Shown: in pieces, positions 39,181 through 53,934 of the stretch
Layout of the letters: each line of letters starts with the position of its first letter
Position numbering within the stretch: position 1 is the stretch's first letter
NCBI GenBank assembly: GCA_003344405.1
Contig: NOWV01000010.1
Location: forward strand, 744,001 to 808,000
DNA length: 64,000 bases
Source: Trichoplax sp. H2
Taxonomy: Eukaryota
Direction of reading: 5' to 3'
The notes under the pieces: generated by a model
What the model was told of the DNA's origin: nothing
The model's database searches: none
What the model saw: the letters and a program-made list of their open reading frames with translations, nothing else
Translations under genes and position numbers: made by a program

Positions 39181-42022
39181 TTAAGATGCTTGTATATCTT
39201 GTAAGCTTGTTTCATGAATTCCGTCCTTATCGATAAATTTGATATTAAATGATGGCAAGTTTATTATAAATCTTTTTTTCACCTGTAAATGTTTACCATT
39301 GATAAGACAAATTAGTGTATCAGATAGCAGGGTGTAATTTTAGCGTATTTATAGGCGTAGTATAACTAATACCTCATCAAGACATAAACTTAGAACCTTT
39401 AAGGCTTCAGCTTTAGACATTCCTGTATTTTAAAGACATTATTTTAGTTGTTGAGTAGATACTATAAAGATATAATAAAGTTATGGTATTATCATACCTT
39501 TTTTGTAATATCTATCCAAAATACTAAAAGTAAAGTAAGATCCATAACCATGAGCACCGAAAGGTAACTTTACAAAGAGAGATTTCGTAATAAATTATGT
39601 TTAGATCATTCCTTTACAATAGTGCAAATTTGATAGCAGCTTTTGCCAGCGAATTGAAATTAATTCAGCAAAATAAACCATATTACCTTTTGTAACGATG
39701 CTAGGTAATCCAAATAGTATAGCGACGGGCCATCATACTCATCATAACCACCAATTAACATATTTACTGTGTAGGGTGTCTATCATTACGAATATTGTCA
39801 TTCATTAATTATCATAATTGATAGCACAACTCTTCTATTGAAAATTTTGCTAAATAAATTACTGCAAACAATTCTATTCTATGGCAATTGTTGAAAGCCC
39901 ATCCAGTTTCAATATTACAATTTCTGGTACTCTATTTTAAATAAGATTTAATGATTTAAAAATTACCGAGCTTCTTAAACTCTGAGCAAGTTGATGGCGC
40001 GTATAATTTGCTGCAGCATTGGGCGTCATTGAGTAACCTAAATATGTATTCAAATATAATATTAGAAGGTCTATTTGCAAATGATAAACGTGGTAAATTA
40101 GTACTGTAGTACAAATGACTACTTAATTTTATCTCTATATCAAGAAATTTTCGTAAGACAAACCGTTTTTTATTCTATATAATTCTACATTTTTCGCTAC
40201 AAACTCAGCAAACTGAACAGAATCACCGGGATCGCCACTGCATGCCATCATGACTTTATCGCCAAGCTTGAAAGTCTTGTCATAAGCTACATAGATTGCC
40301 ATGTAAAGGTGATTAGAAAAAGTTACCGGTTTACTGATTACTTGTACGGCAAAATAGCTCAACTATCATCATTAGATCATAATCTCCATTTTCGAATTGA
40401 TGAGGAATCAGCTAGTGACATTACAGTGATATATTCTTACTAAATGTGTACAGTATACTATCGGATATTGTAACTCACAGAGGAGATTTCTGAACAACTG
40501 CTTTGACATTATACTACAATTACAGTGTGTGTATAGACAGTAGAACATTTTACGCGTAAAGTGATTTACGTAGGATTGAAGATGAAATATTCTGTTGCTG
40601 ACTGTATCGTAGCAAATCGTTAGATAAGCGATAAATAGCAAAATTAATTTATACATCGGATTTTAATTTAGTCCTATTTTGATAATTTATGTATAATACT
40701 AACATGTGTTGTTCTACCATTGCATATAATCCGTATGTACAGTATGATGATTCTAACTGTTCATTATAAGCACGCCAAATTTTCTCTCTGACAATGTATT
40801 AGTAATTCTAAATTTATTCTACTGACTGATACGATACTTATAGTAACTGTTCGAACTGGAAGCGGTAACGAGAAGCACATTTTATGATGGCATGATGACA
40901 TGTCATCTGCTTCAACATAATCCACCACTGCTAGCATTGCCTTTTATCGTGCAATTTTAAATCTAATTTTATCAAATAATAAGATTTGGCTGTTTGTAAT
41001 ATTTATAGCTCCGGTATAACTAATGACTTATTGACAAGAATTAAAATAGCTACAAAAATGATCATTGCATCGTAGGAGCCGTTCGTTTGCAGGTAATAAT
41101 TATAGCTGCAACAGGATTCAGTAGTTGGAATTCTGCTAAACGCTTACGTATAGAATAAGGTAAAAGTACAGAAATAGCGTTTCTTGTACTTGAGAGTATT
41201 CAAACTGATAGCATAGCGTGCATCTTACTAGCAACAGTACTGCTCTCTACTGTGTAACATGAAACCGTTCAAAGCAATATCCTTGTATTACTACTATTTA
41301 CGGTACAAGTAACAAGGCAAGAAATTGAGAACTTCTTCATGATCGTAAGTCACAAAAATGATGGGATTCGTTACTACTTGGTTCGATCAACTGATGACCA
41401 CTGGTTCAGTAGTCATTTTTTTTTCAACAGTATCCATGATACATTTCTACTAATTTAAGTTCAGGTTATTGCAATTTGAAAAAAAGAACCGTAGATTGAC
41501 GACATTGATTTATTTCCAGCATGAAATATGTACTATAAAAAAGTTAAAACTCTCTTTACAGAATATGCGCTTGCGACTTTTGTGGATTAAGTCGACCGGA
41601 CTTATCATTGCGTATCAAGCATGCGCCTCCTATGGATAGGTTGTAGATATCAGGCTGTTGACTAAAACTAGGCAATAGTAATACAATAAAAAGCAGTTTC
41701 TCCATTTTAAAATTGTTCATACCGTAGACTACACTAGGACTGCTATGTTTTAAGTGTATATGATAGACTAAAATCATTGATATCAAAGTTCACTGACATG
41801 GTTGACAGTGAATTTTCAGAGAAAATGACAGCGCTTATACGAATTCTAATTCGTATTACCACTTTTACATTGTCAATTCAAAGACGGAAAATCTTAAAAC
41901 TTATTGATATTGCATAGCCATGATTTATTACCTTCATTCATGACAACTACGCTGCGTCCAGCCGTTGAATCGCTAGCAACAAGAACAAAGTCTTCTCCAG
42001 TTAGCCCAATAAGGAACTCCAT
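39181..42022 (-). CDS. PSMB2: Proteasome 20S subunit beta type-2 (beta4); 7 coding exons
   Basis: [18 protein letters not shown]..., [79 protein letters not shown]; stop 39181-39183; all introns GT-AG. Confidence 0.96.
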
Positions 42023-42125
42023 CTTGGAAGTTAAGAACGACGTACAAGCAATACACTGCCGCAAAAGGGATTCAATCACCGTGACTAAGGTCGTTTGTTG
42101 CATTGAGCATGAGCAGACCAGGCTC

Positions 42126-42989
42126 AAGTGCCTAACTACGAGCTACTGTACTGTACTGTCGAGTGAAGCTATCTACAGTACGACTCCTGTAGAGTACGGT
42201 ACTTAGTACGGTGCTGTTGGTGGAAAAGCTTACAACTGTACAGTACTGTACTGCAGTCTACACTGTAGTACATTAATACAATATTAGGTAAAAGTGGCTC
42301 CATTAACCTCATTTTAATCAATTCAATTAAAAGGCCAAGTTATTCAGTTTTCTATTCGTATAATTTTTATTACATTTTGATTGACTCTCGTCATTTTAGG
42401 GCACCTTAAAGTACTGTACGTACTGTACGGGAAGAAAGAAAAAAGATTTTACAGTACTATACTTACAGTGTACAGTACCCTACAGCGGCTCACAACTACT
42501 GTAGACAGTGGATTCTCCTTTTCGTAGACACGATTCATTTCAAGTCCCAGTCTGAAACGCTCTGATCCGTGCCGTCCGTGATCCATACCAGCCGTCAGCC
42601 AGTTCAAGAACTTTGTACTGTACGGTAAGTGCCTAGCTACTGTACTGTACTGTACTGTACTACTGTCGGGTGAAGCTATCTACAGTACCGCTCCCATCGA
42701 GTACAGTACTTAGTACGGTACTGTCGGTAGAAAAGCTTACAACTGTACAGTACAGTACTGTACAGTACTGTAGTACGGGAAGAAAGAAAAAAGATGTTAC
42801 AGTACTATGCTTACAGTGTACAGTACCCTACGGTGGCTCACAACTACTGTAGACCGTGGATTCTGCTTTTCGCAGACACGATTCATTTCCAGTCCCAGTC
42901 TGAAGCGTTCTGATCCGTAACGTTCCGATCCGTGCCGTCCGTGACCCGAACAAGCCGTCAGCCAGTTCGAGAACTTTGTACTGTACGGT
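42126..42989. repeat. Tandem duplication (copy 1 42126-42626, copy 2 42627-42989) in the PSMB2/ArfGAP1 divergent intergenic region
   Basis: Both copies start AAGTGCCTA, share blocks such as GTGAAGCTATCTACAGTAC, GGGAAGAAAGAAAAAAGAT and AGACACGATTCATTTC, and end GAACTTTGTACTGTACGGT. Copy 1 has an extra ~150 bp AT-rich segment. Confidence 0.93.
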
Positions 42990-43355
42990 ATCATACTGTA
43001 TGCAGATGGATGGTTTGACAGTATGGTACTGTACAGTACCAGCAGTCAAGGATTATGTCACAAGCTACTGCAACGAAGGGAACCGTAAGTCATCTGTCGC
43101 AGACGATCAATTCATTGAATAAAATCGCTCACCATTTTCGGATTTTTCATTGATTTTGCAATCATTTCATAGTTTCATAATTGTTACTATTGCATTTCCT
43201 CATCTACAACCAAGCAAACTCGACAACAAACGAGACTATCTGTTGTAATTAAGAGAAAGACAGAAGGAGTTGAGACTAGTTCTTGCAGGCCTTTTTAACA
43301 GCAACGAACCTATTAGTTTGGTTAAGCAGCAGCAGCCACTTTAGCACTATTTTTA

Positions 43356-46300
43356 ATGGCTAGTCCTCGAACACAGCGACTTTTAAGAGAATTACGCTTT
43401 AAAGATGATAACAATGTAAGTATTATAGCACTACTTGACACAACTACTTTGTACGACAGTTTCAATGATAGAGTTGCTGTATTTTTTCACTCATGGACAG
43501 ACCAAAGTCGATTTTGATCTTACGATTCCATAGTCACGATGAGGAAAGGTACGATGCTGCTCTACAGTACTGTATAGAGTACAGGTGACTAGCACCGACC
43601 TTGATTCTCCTTAAACTATTTATTTTTAGACACGCTGTTATCATTGAAGTTACATTATAGGATATTTGTAATCTCTATGACTAGTTTTCATTTATACCCT
43701 TTAGTGAGCTTGAGCGACAAATTAAAAAAAATTTCAAATTACATAGTGAACAATCGTTGTGGTCAATCTAGAGTACCGTAGTCGTCAGTCACAGACTTGT
43801 CATATCTTCAAGCCAATAATACTGTATAGTATAATGAATACTAACCATTGCAATACTTCGACATTACTAAACTGGATTTTCGATCGATCTGTATGTACTC
43901 GCATGATCGATGCTATACTTTGTATAAGAGTATGGTAGCACTGTATACCATATTGATCTGTAACTACTTCAAGTTTATTTTAACTTGAACCTTCACTATA
44001 AATATCCAGGACAATGTTGGTTAACAAACTTTCCATCGCTGACAGATGATACGATACTGCTGTTGTTTAGAATTTTAAATTTCAGTTCATCAGAGGGTAT
44101 AATAACTTTTACATTAATAACCTGAGCCTTAATCCTCTTTATCATCAAGTTAGTTATTGAATGACTTCAGTTAAGTATTCAATCATTTTTAAGTAAGACT
44201 GATGGGCGCTCTCGGATAACGATTAAATCTGACGCTTATCGCTTATACTGTAGGCTACTAGAAGTGTTAACGTACTACTTTATTGTACTATACAGTACAC
44301 CATATACATCAAAATCGCGAAATTGGTATCTACAATACTGTACTGTACTATCAGACAGTAACGTAAAGTTTACTACTTCAATCATAATTAATCCGATACT
44401 TGTAGAAATGCTCACGTTCCTCCTCATCACTACATCACTACATACCATATAATCATATAATGATGCTCCATTAATGCATCAGCAAATTAATTTAATTTAA
44501 TTTATTTAATCTGTCTTGCTATTGGTCTGTGTACATTTGCATAATTTAATTCCCGCGATACCTTATTCATTAATAGACATGTACTTGAGGTAACAAGGTA
44601 GTAATGTAAATATTATATATGAACATTAATTACAAAGTGGCTCGTAAATCTTCTCAAGATCTGCTTCAATATTACAAATGAAAATGCCGGATATACAATG
44701 GATATACAATATATGTAATACGTACGCAGTGTAGCCAGATTAGATAATTTTATACTACGAGTATACGCATATAAGTAAGGTACATTGGTATTCGCTTTCG
44801 TATGTTATATCAGCTACCTGATCATCGGTTGTAGTAATAATTTATTTGAAACGTAGCCATTTCTTCTTCCACACATATAGCTCAACTAACTTTATGGTGA
44901 TAACGATAGCTCTACCTGTATTATTCACTTTATCGTTCAGTCATACAGAAATTTGTAAATTTTTCTTTTCATTACTTGGATGTGATGAAGCAGCGATGAT
45001 GTAATCGATTTGTCCCGTGATTGACCATTGCATCTTAGCAATTGATATTAACATCCAATGAATAACGTAAATAATGTGTTTTCTTTCTTTTTGCATAGCT
45101 ATGTTTCGAATGCGGTGCTCACAGTCCTCAATGGGCCTCCGTTAGTTATGGCACATGGATCTGTTTAGAATGCTCTGGTAAACATCGAGGTCTTGGTGTT
45201 CATATCAGGTTCGATCTCAAGTTATCTTTACAATTGATAATTATTGACTTTCTACGACAGCTACAACTCTTTGCTACGTAAAAATTTTAGAAACGAAATT
45301 CTATTTAGCCAGTATGCTTACAATTTTGCTACCATCTTAAAGTTTTAAAATTAAATTTATTGCATCCATTAAAGTACTGTTTACATTATATAATATTCAT
45401 TTCTTAGGAAACGATAATTATATCTGTCTTGATAATTTATTGCACCAAATATCAAACTTCTGGAGCTCAATGGAACAATATTGTCATTACTCTCAATAGC
45501 TATATTTAGAATTGAGCATGATTAGCTAATTGCTAAGAAATTTAACAAATACTTAATTACGTATGCATATCGAATAGATATAGTTCAGTGACTATTTATA
45601 ATATTATCATCACAGAAAATAGATAAAAAGCATAAATATTATGTGTACCGATATTTCCAAGCAATGTGTACACTCTAATTCAAGCTGTTGCATTTTATTA
45701 CTTTCTTACTTCGCAATATCATAGTTAAAGAGAATATCTTATCCTATAATGCGAATCTTGAATTCATGTACAACTAACTTATTCGTAAATCAACTAGAAA
45801 TTTTTGCCATAAAAAATTAGTGAGCGTTATACCTATTAGTGTCAACAACGATCTGCAAAAGGATCATTTATTGAAATTGTTTGTCTCTTCTACACATTTT
45901 AGTTTTGTAAGATCAACTTCCATGGACAAGTGGAAGGATAAAGAATTAGCAAAGATGAGGGTAAGCTCACCATGTTTTGATAAATAATAGACTAATTCAT
46001 TAATACTAAAGTAGTAATTGTGATTAATACAATATTTTGTCACTCATAATAATATTGGATACTCGATACTGCTTTACTAAACAAACACGTCGTTTTTGGC
46101 TGCAACCATAAATAGTATTTAGATTTTGTATCGTTTTATTAATTTTAGTAATTGATATTCTAAAAAGCTATAAGAATTATTAAGATATCGTTCTAAATAA
46201 ATAAATCTTTTTAATGATCGTTTCGAAAGCACTTTAACATCGTCGTAATTATTAATACATAAGAGTGCCAATAGTCTACTCCCATTCCATGTATATATAG

Positions 46301-47641
46301 CAACCGTCACAGCTGATATTAGACCGTATTACCACAGTTCATTGTAAGAAATGGTATATCTGTAAAGAGCTACGACAAATAGTAGCTCAATGATATTTAC
46401 TTATAAATACAATTTCGCAGTTAAACATTTTAACTTATCTATTAATTGAGATTTTTTTCGGTTAATTTCGTAAAATTATCATATATTCAAATATATAAAA
46501 GACTGGCGGAAACCGACAAGCCAAGGAATTTTTTAAATCTCAGGGTGATATTTATGATGGAATCAATATAAAAGAAAAATACCAATCTAGGACAGCTGCA
46601 CTATATCGTGATAAGATCGCTACTTTAGCAGATGGTCGTACTTGGTCAATGGAAGCTTCACCTGCGTTTAATTATGAACCACCGAAAGAGACAGCATCTA
46701 TTGATCCTAGGCTAGGTATCTCGAATGAAGAAATTGCTAATAAACGTGACGATTTCTTTCGCAGAAAGCAAGAAGAAAACTCTCAAAAATCAAATGATCT
46801 ACCACCTAGCCAAGGAGGACGTTACGTCGGATTTGGATCTAAAAAGGAGGTTCCCAACAACGCTAATAAAAACGAATTTATAGATAACGCTTGGTCAAGT
46901 TTTTCATCGGGCTGGACCTCATTTACTGCAGGAGCTTCTAAATTTGGTGGTGTTGTACAAGATCAAGCTGTAAAGTTTGGCTCATCTATCAATGATAGCG
47001 TTTTCAAACCTGTTGGTGAGAAAGCTAAGGAATTTGGGACAACTTTCGATCAAACTGTAGTCAAACCAACCAAGCAAAAGATTAATGATTCTAAAATACT
47101 CGACAATATGTCAACATCTATGACTACATTTGCAACAAAAATAAAAACTGCTGGCGAAAGTGGAATGACTGAAATACAAACTTTAATGAAGGGGAAACAA
47201 AGGGAAGAAGTAAATACTGAGGGAATGGACAACGATCATGATCCATATGATGATGATGTCTTGACAGAGGAAACGAAAAATTTTAGTATTGAAGACGATG
47301 GAGGCGATGAATGGAACTCTTGGGGTAAATATGACGGCTGGGGACAGCCTAATTCTGAAAATAAGCAGTATTCATCAAAATTTGACGTACAAACTTCAGA
47401 TCAACCTGATACAAAAGCTACTCATACATCGACGAAAAAGGTACAAGCAGATAGTGAGTGGAATGAGTTTGTGATAGGATCTAGATCTACGGCTAAGCAA
47501 ACTGACGCTAAAGATAAGAAGGATGATAATAGTGGCTGGAATGATGATTGGGATGCAATGCTAAATTCGGATACCGACGTTAGTAGTGCTGGTATGAAAT
47601 TAAAAACTGATACGAAAGTAGTTTCAAAAAAATCAGAATAG
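43356..47641 (+). CDS. ARFGAP1: ADP-ribosylation factor GTPase-activating protein 1; exons ~43356-43415, 45099-45208, 45903-45960, 46502-47641
   Basis: [14 protein letters not shown]; Zn finger [57 protein letters not shown]-like [20 protein letters not shown]; acidic Trp motifs in the tail. Confidence 0.96.
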
Positions 47642-49656
47642 GCATAATTCTATAGCTAAATGTAGCTATATAAGCAATGATGATTGATGAAAGTATATTT
47701 TAACTCGCATTGCTGCTTTATAAGCCGGATATAGTTCTGTATTAATATTATATTTTTTCGATAGAAGAGAATTTATCTTTACACTCTATGCTAAACGTAT
47801 TTAGTTAAAGTGTACTTATTGACCCTATTTACAGCTGTGATCAAATATCATACTTTTACCATCAAATACACTACAATAACTTTACTTTTATTGGCTTAAA
47901 TGGAAATGCCGTCAAATGAAATTAATCATGAAATGCCTAAATGTCTTTCATCAATTAATATATATGTATGTACTCATTAATTGATCATTAATTGATTTCT
48001 GAAATAATTGATAAACTGAATTATGAATTAGAATTTGGTGTAATATTATAGATATCAAACTAGATAAGGTAGATTCTTACGAGATACCGCTAGTTATTAT
48101 CACCATTATTTGGGTATAAATGTAACCCTGGCTTTTTAAAATTGCTTAAAGTGGGCATTGTCAGATGACAGGTTTGATCAATGCTGTAATAGCCACGCTC
48201 TGAGAGTTATCATTTGATATGGTATACTTGTTCTATATTCTCTAATGAAATTACTGGAATCTGGATACTCGTTTATTAAATTTGGTTAGAGAATATAGAT
48301 TTACTACGTTTTATAACCTCGATACTATAGAACCGACGAAGCTTGCTTATCCAATACAGTAGGGCAAGTATAGGACAATTATGTTAACATAGAATTAAAG
48401 TACAGTTTCAATTGACATAGAAGCAAAATTGGATTAAAAATTTTAAAATTTTACACTATTGTCTTGTGTGGTATTATCCGTATTGTAGTTGTGTATCGTA
48501 CGCGCTGAAGTAGCGAAACTTATTCAAATAGTTCTTACGTTCAAATTTTCAGCAAGAATAATCGATATACGACATAGATTTTGGTAATAGTAATCACGAC
48601 TTATATAACATTTTTGCTTATGATTATATTTGGAATTAAAATCGCATATTTTATTGCTCGGAAATATGTAGTCAAAAAATTGAAGATTATTTCGTAACTT
48701 ATAGCACTTAATGTGATTGATTGCATAACGAATTTACGTGTCGCGCAAGCGTAAGTGCAATAAATCGCTATTCGGTATATATCAATCATCAGATACAGCA
48801 GTTCTGCGTAGTCTTTATTCTATCAAATCGATTAAATTTTAATACAAACTACAGCAGATGACTACATTTTATAATTTCAGACGCTTATATTAGTTTAAAT
48901 TGGAATAGAGAAAATTTACTTTAAACGTTCTTTATTTACAGTTTGCTTAAAACGTTAAAAATTTCAGAAAAGCTATGTTATATGAGTATTTTGTATTAAG
49001 TTGCGATGACAGTGTATATATATTCTACGCAGTAGTACAATAAGCTACACTTTTCAAGCAGATTAAGTAGCAACAGCAAGTCGATCGATCAGAAGATTAA
49101 CTTATATAAATCTTGTACTAACTGTACTGATAGAAAACATAGTTCCAGCATTAACTCTATCACTGGATGACTTTCTACAGTGCTTTCATTAATTAAAGTT
49201 CACGGTACAGCAGTTATTAGAAATTAATGTCGTTAATTCACAAACCAATTAGAAACATATCAGAAATTTAGCTATATAAACAAATTATTTTCAAAATTTG
49301 TAGTTAAAATGTTTATATTGATTTTTGCTTATTAATATTAAAAACATTCTAAGTATCAAATTCTGAAATGACACAAATAATATGTTGATATTAAAGCTGT
49401 TGAAGTCTTTGAAGGTAAATAATTAACATTATAATCACCTTAATACCACAACACGATGGCAAAATACTACGATAGATGCAACCGTAGAAATGGGCTATTT
49501 TATGATGTTTGCGTATGGAAAATATTAAATTTTCTGCATGTGATTACGGATAATAATCTCTTATCTACAGCCTTTTTTGTCATTATTTTTGCAGTATTTT
49601 CTTATCCTAACTTCGATATTTTACCATATCTAATTGCACTGAAATATTTTATTCTT

Positions 49657-52600
49657 TTACCAATAAAACGATTTACTGATAAAACTAGTAACACTACTAA
49701 TCCAACCATTGCCATTTCCGTTGTTATCATCAATTCGTGCGACGGCTCCCTGTAAATATTAAGCAACAAGTTTATATTTATACTTCAAAAATATAGATCA
49801 TTATTATTAAGCTACAATGGTACACTTATTTGATAATTTGACTAAATACTACTTACATGTTATAAAAAATTTATCGATAGATATATTCATTTACACTAAC
49901 GTAACTCTTCTCTAATTATAATACGTATAACGTTTATTTACCTTTTGTATTGTTGTACTATCATCATCTTCTGGTAAATAATCTGGCATAGCATTCTATA
50001 CGATTAAAACAGAAACCTTAGAGTGCCGTCATGACTACTGTCATTAAATAAATAAAGATAATTATATTTAACAGTAAATTCAAGAAGCTAAGAAGACTCA
50101 TAATGTTTAAATGCAAATACGGCTAGCCTTACAAGAAGTAAAGGACTATACTAACAAATTATGCTCTTAATCTAGTCTTAAAGACTTGTCATTATAACTA
50201 CTTGCCTCCTTATCTTCTGATGAGGAAACAGGGCTGCTTCCAAAGGTTAAAAATATCTAATCGCAAAAAGGCAATTTAATCATCTATTAAAGTACTGACG
50301 GTGACGGTGAATCTTAAAATTTAGGCAAAAACTAGTAATAGCTATTGCATGCTACTAATGCTATACGCGTACATCTGTCTAGTATACAATAAAAAAAGGG
50401 TAATTGCATCAAAGGTAGACGCTAATACTAATATATAACACCAACAATCTTTTACCTCTTCTCCCATGTCATTTTTGACAATTTGTTGCGCCGTCATGGT
50501 CTTAGTTTCAGCAACAGCTTGGCATATTGTCTTAAATTATAAATAAGAAATAGTATGCTTATAATTGCTAGAACCTATAGTGGGAACTTTAGAATATCGT
50601 TAATGACTCTAACAGTATACTATAAAAATCTATATTGACAGTATTTGAAGAATATTTATCAATTAAAAATAATGTCAGTTGATAAAGTTTTACCTAACGA
50701 TGTACTAGCAACTGTAAAAAATAAAAAGCAATTTATGAAAATTTGCTAAGACTACAATTACAGACTATTAAACTGGCTGACTTTTGCAATTTAATAGTGT
50801 TATAGTTACGATAACTTAGCTTACCTCTATTTTAAGGTTTGGACGAGCTCGTAAGATGCAGCGTTTTTTGACTAAATCAAAAGTAAAACTTACTACTCCA
50901 GGAGTAGCAAGCAATCTCTGTTCACATTTAAATCTGCTAGCACTATCAGTTAAGCCAGAAATTTGCAATATTATTGTTCGTGCATTTTTATTTGCATTGC
51001 TTAGAAAATACTGTCCAGAAGTGGCACCGGCCCTACGACTGCGAGTATTCCTAAAATAAAGTATCAATATTTGTATAAAGAACAGTTAGAGCATCACTTA
51101 TATTCCATTTTTATTTATATTATTTTAAAATATGATTATAGTGTAATATATCTCGTAGACAAGTAATTGTTAAAGTAATCATTTCTACACTAGTCATATT
51201 AAACATAGCAGTAAAATTTCGATAACATAATGTAATATTGACCATACCTAGTGGTTGGGACTAATGTAGTATGAATTTCGCTAGCAAGCTGGCAAGCTTT
51301 CTGATCTTTGCTATAGATTTGATATTAATCACAAATTAAGAAGCATGTTATAAACAATTTTATTCAAAGTAAACCATATTAGCTTGTCAGAATATATCAA
51401 TGACTAAAGTACATCTTATCTGATGGATTTATATTATAATTGCCTCTAATTTACTATGTACAATATTTGTTTTGATTAAAAGATCGAGAAGAAAATACTT
51501 GATATGCTATTTCAGTTTTGTAATATTATAATCAGTTAAATCGCAATAGCAGAAAGAATTTATCTGTTTAAATTATGCCAATATAGGGCATCTTACTACT
51601 ATTTTATCCTACTTTAAGGAATGTTTGTTTGGTATTGGTTATCGTTCGGCAGTATATTATAATTTTATTTTTAATTCACACAACAACTGCAATTGAATGT
51701 TAGGCAGATATTAAGTGTACTCAAAATATTTCAAGTTCATGAAATATTTTAAATTGAAAAGGTTACTTTATTGGATACTTGCTACCACTGGGAATTGAAA
51801 AGTTAAAAAATTACAGTTGGATTCTAACATATCCTTGAATAATATCTCATATTACAAATAGTACGGGTATATAGATAAGGGTTGCAGGAGGTAGCAATAC
51901 TTGACAGCAAATTCTTACCTATTCATAATAGCTTTCAAGCTAACCAACATACCAATTTCACTTCTCATAGGAGTACGGTTAGATGGACATAGTGATAGAT
52001 AACGTAGTGCCTTCAATTTTAAATAAAGCATCCTTAGTGGATAATAATACTAGACGTCTATGGTTATACGTAGATTGTTGCAATTTAACCACTTAAGAGT
52101 ATAGTTTAGTACACCAAATTACTGAGGAGATATTGTGTAATAACGTAGACGTATCGTATTTTGTAAAAGAGTTATTATCACAAGATAAACAGATGAATTG
52201 AAACTCTTTAATAAACTGACCTACTGAAAGCAAAATTTCAAGTTTTTTACCATCATACATGTACGTTACAATACCCACCTCTAACGCCAATACTACTACA
52301 CGAGGATCATCGTTATCTAGAAATAAAACCAATCCTGGAAGGCATCCCTGATCCTAAATGCACGTAAATAATAAAAATAGTTCAAGTTGCATCAGTTAAG
52401 TCATTTTATAATTGAAAGAAAAATTTAAATTAGCATTGTTGATGTAACGAGTAAGTCATTTCAATCACTTGAAATCGCACAGGAATGTCGAGGATAAGAA
52501 CTGTAAGATAGTATTTGTATTTTTGATAGCAGCTACGCGACATCCGCGTGGCCTCCCATCATAACAGCATTCAACATGGGCAATTTGAAAGAGTAATAAC

Positions 52601-53453
52601 TGGGGTTATAGTCAATAACTTTACGTATTGCTCAATAGAGGGTGATAAAATTGAAACGAGTTAATATGCAGTATGGGAGCATGCAATGAGTACTATCTGG
52701 TTGTTACCATACAGTAGGAATTGATTACATTCGGGATTGATGAAGTTGCACGCAGGACTATGATGGATAAATGTAATTATTATTATTATTATTATTATTC
52801 AATGACATATTTAGTAATCCATGATAGTCTACTAACTATATGTACATTGGTGATTTTCGCTAGTAAATACTGTAAGAAGAGTTACAGACTCAAATCTTGA
52901 CACCTATAATACTCGCATAATTCTGACCTAATGGAAAATACTTCATGATATATGGGTATTCTACTGTGTAAGTATATGATATCTATATGTCTACTTGTAC
53001 AGTATGGTATATGCAGTATATGCAGTGTAGAGTGTTGACTATCCTCTGAATCAAATATCGCTGATTTACTTTAGAAGGAAAACTAATACAATTTTTACTT
53101 TGTTGTACATGTCCACAAGGCTGATGAATCTTAGCAGTATCCTACTACAAGCAATTTATAAAATATCGAGTAAAGTCTCTGCGGTGCTGGAGGACAGAAT
53201 ATACAGTTTCCTGTAGAGTATATCATTTTCAGAACGATTTGAATCATGACGAAACTCATGGACATCCTTTGTACCATAACATTGTATTGAACGGATTGAA
53301 TAAACTATTACAGAAACTATTTCTGGCATTATTTTTCAATATTGGTTCAATGGATACATTGTCAATGGTGAGTTTTACCTTTACAATTGCAACACGATTT
53401 TGCGGTTGTATTGCTAAATCTCGTAAATTTTTAGCCACAGTATATGCAGACAT
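49657..53453 (-). CDS. ARMC1: Armadillo repeat-containing protein 1
   Basis: MSAYTVAKNLRDLAIQPQNRVAIVK|DQGCLPGLVLFLDNDDPRVV, NRTPMRSEIGMLVSL, HMA-like ARTIILQISGL...PGVVSFTF, PDYLPEDD, C-terminus SFISKSFYW*. Confidence 0.94.
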
Positions 53454-53934
53454 GTTACTCCCACTTTGTTAATTTCCAATTTTTGAACTATCCAGTAGAA
53501 AATGCAGCGGATCCAGTCCAATACACGATAAAATAAGTCTTGATATTACAAGGTGAATAAAATAGATGATGTTTCCCTACTTGTCCCTTTCTACATTAAA
53601 GAAAAGAAATGATCGAGAGGAAAAGTTGAAATGCACATGAGAAGAACTTGAGGCAATTGGTGTATTGGTGGCAGGAGTCCAACGTAAACGGCGATGGAAA
53701 TTTCAAATTTTGGCACGTCCTGCTGTCTACAGTGGATAGTATCGTAAGGGATGAACTTTGTACCACTGTCTACAGTACAGTACAGTACAGTATGGGATTG
53801 TACACTGTAGCCTTACATCTCCTCTCTCTTCTATGGTACAGTATGAGTTGACTGAGGATCAAAGTGTGCGCGAGCTCAAGTCGTGTATTGTGTCGACTGT
53901 CCAGAGTCGAAAATTTGAAAGCCATCTAGCTTGT

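Noticed and set aside
40741-40832. C/D snoRNA-like pattern GTATGATGA...CTGATAC
   Set aside because: Antisense to the host PSMB2 intron, no recognisable rRNA-complementary guide, and expected by chance in AT-rich DNA.
42126-42989. Repeats as a CRISPR array or LTR pair
   Set aside because: Eukaryotic context, only two long adjacent units, no spacers, no TG..CA ends or internal coding region.
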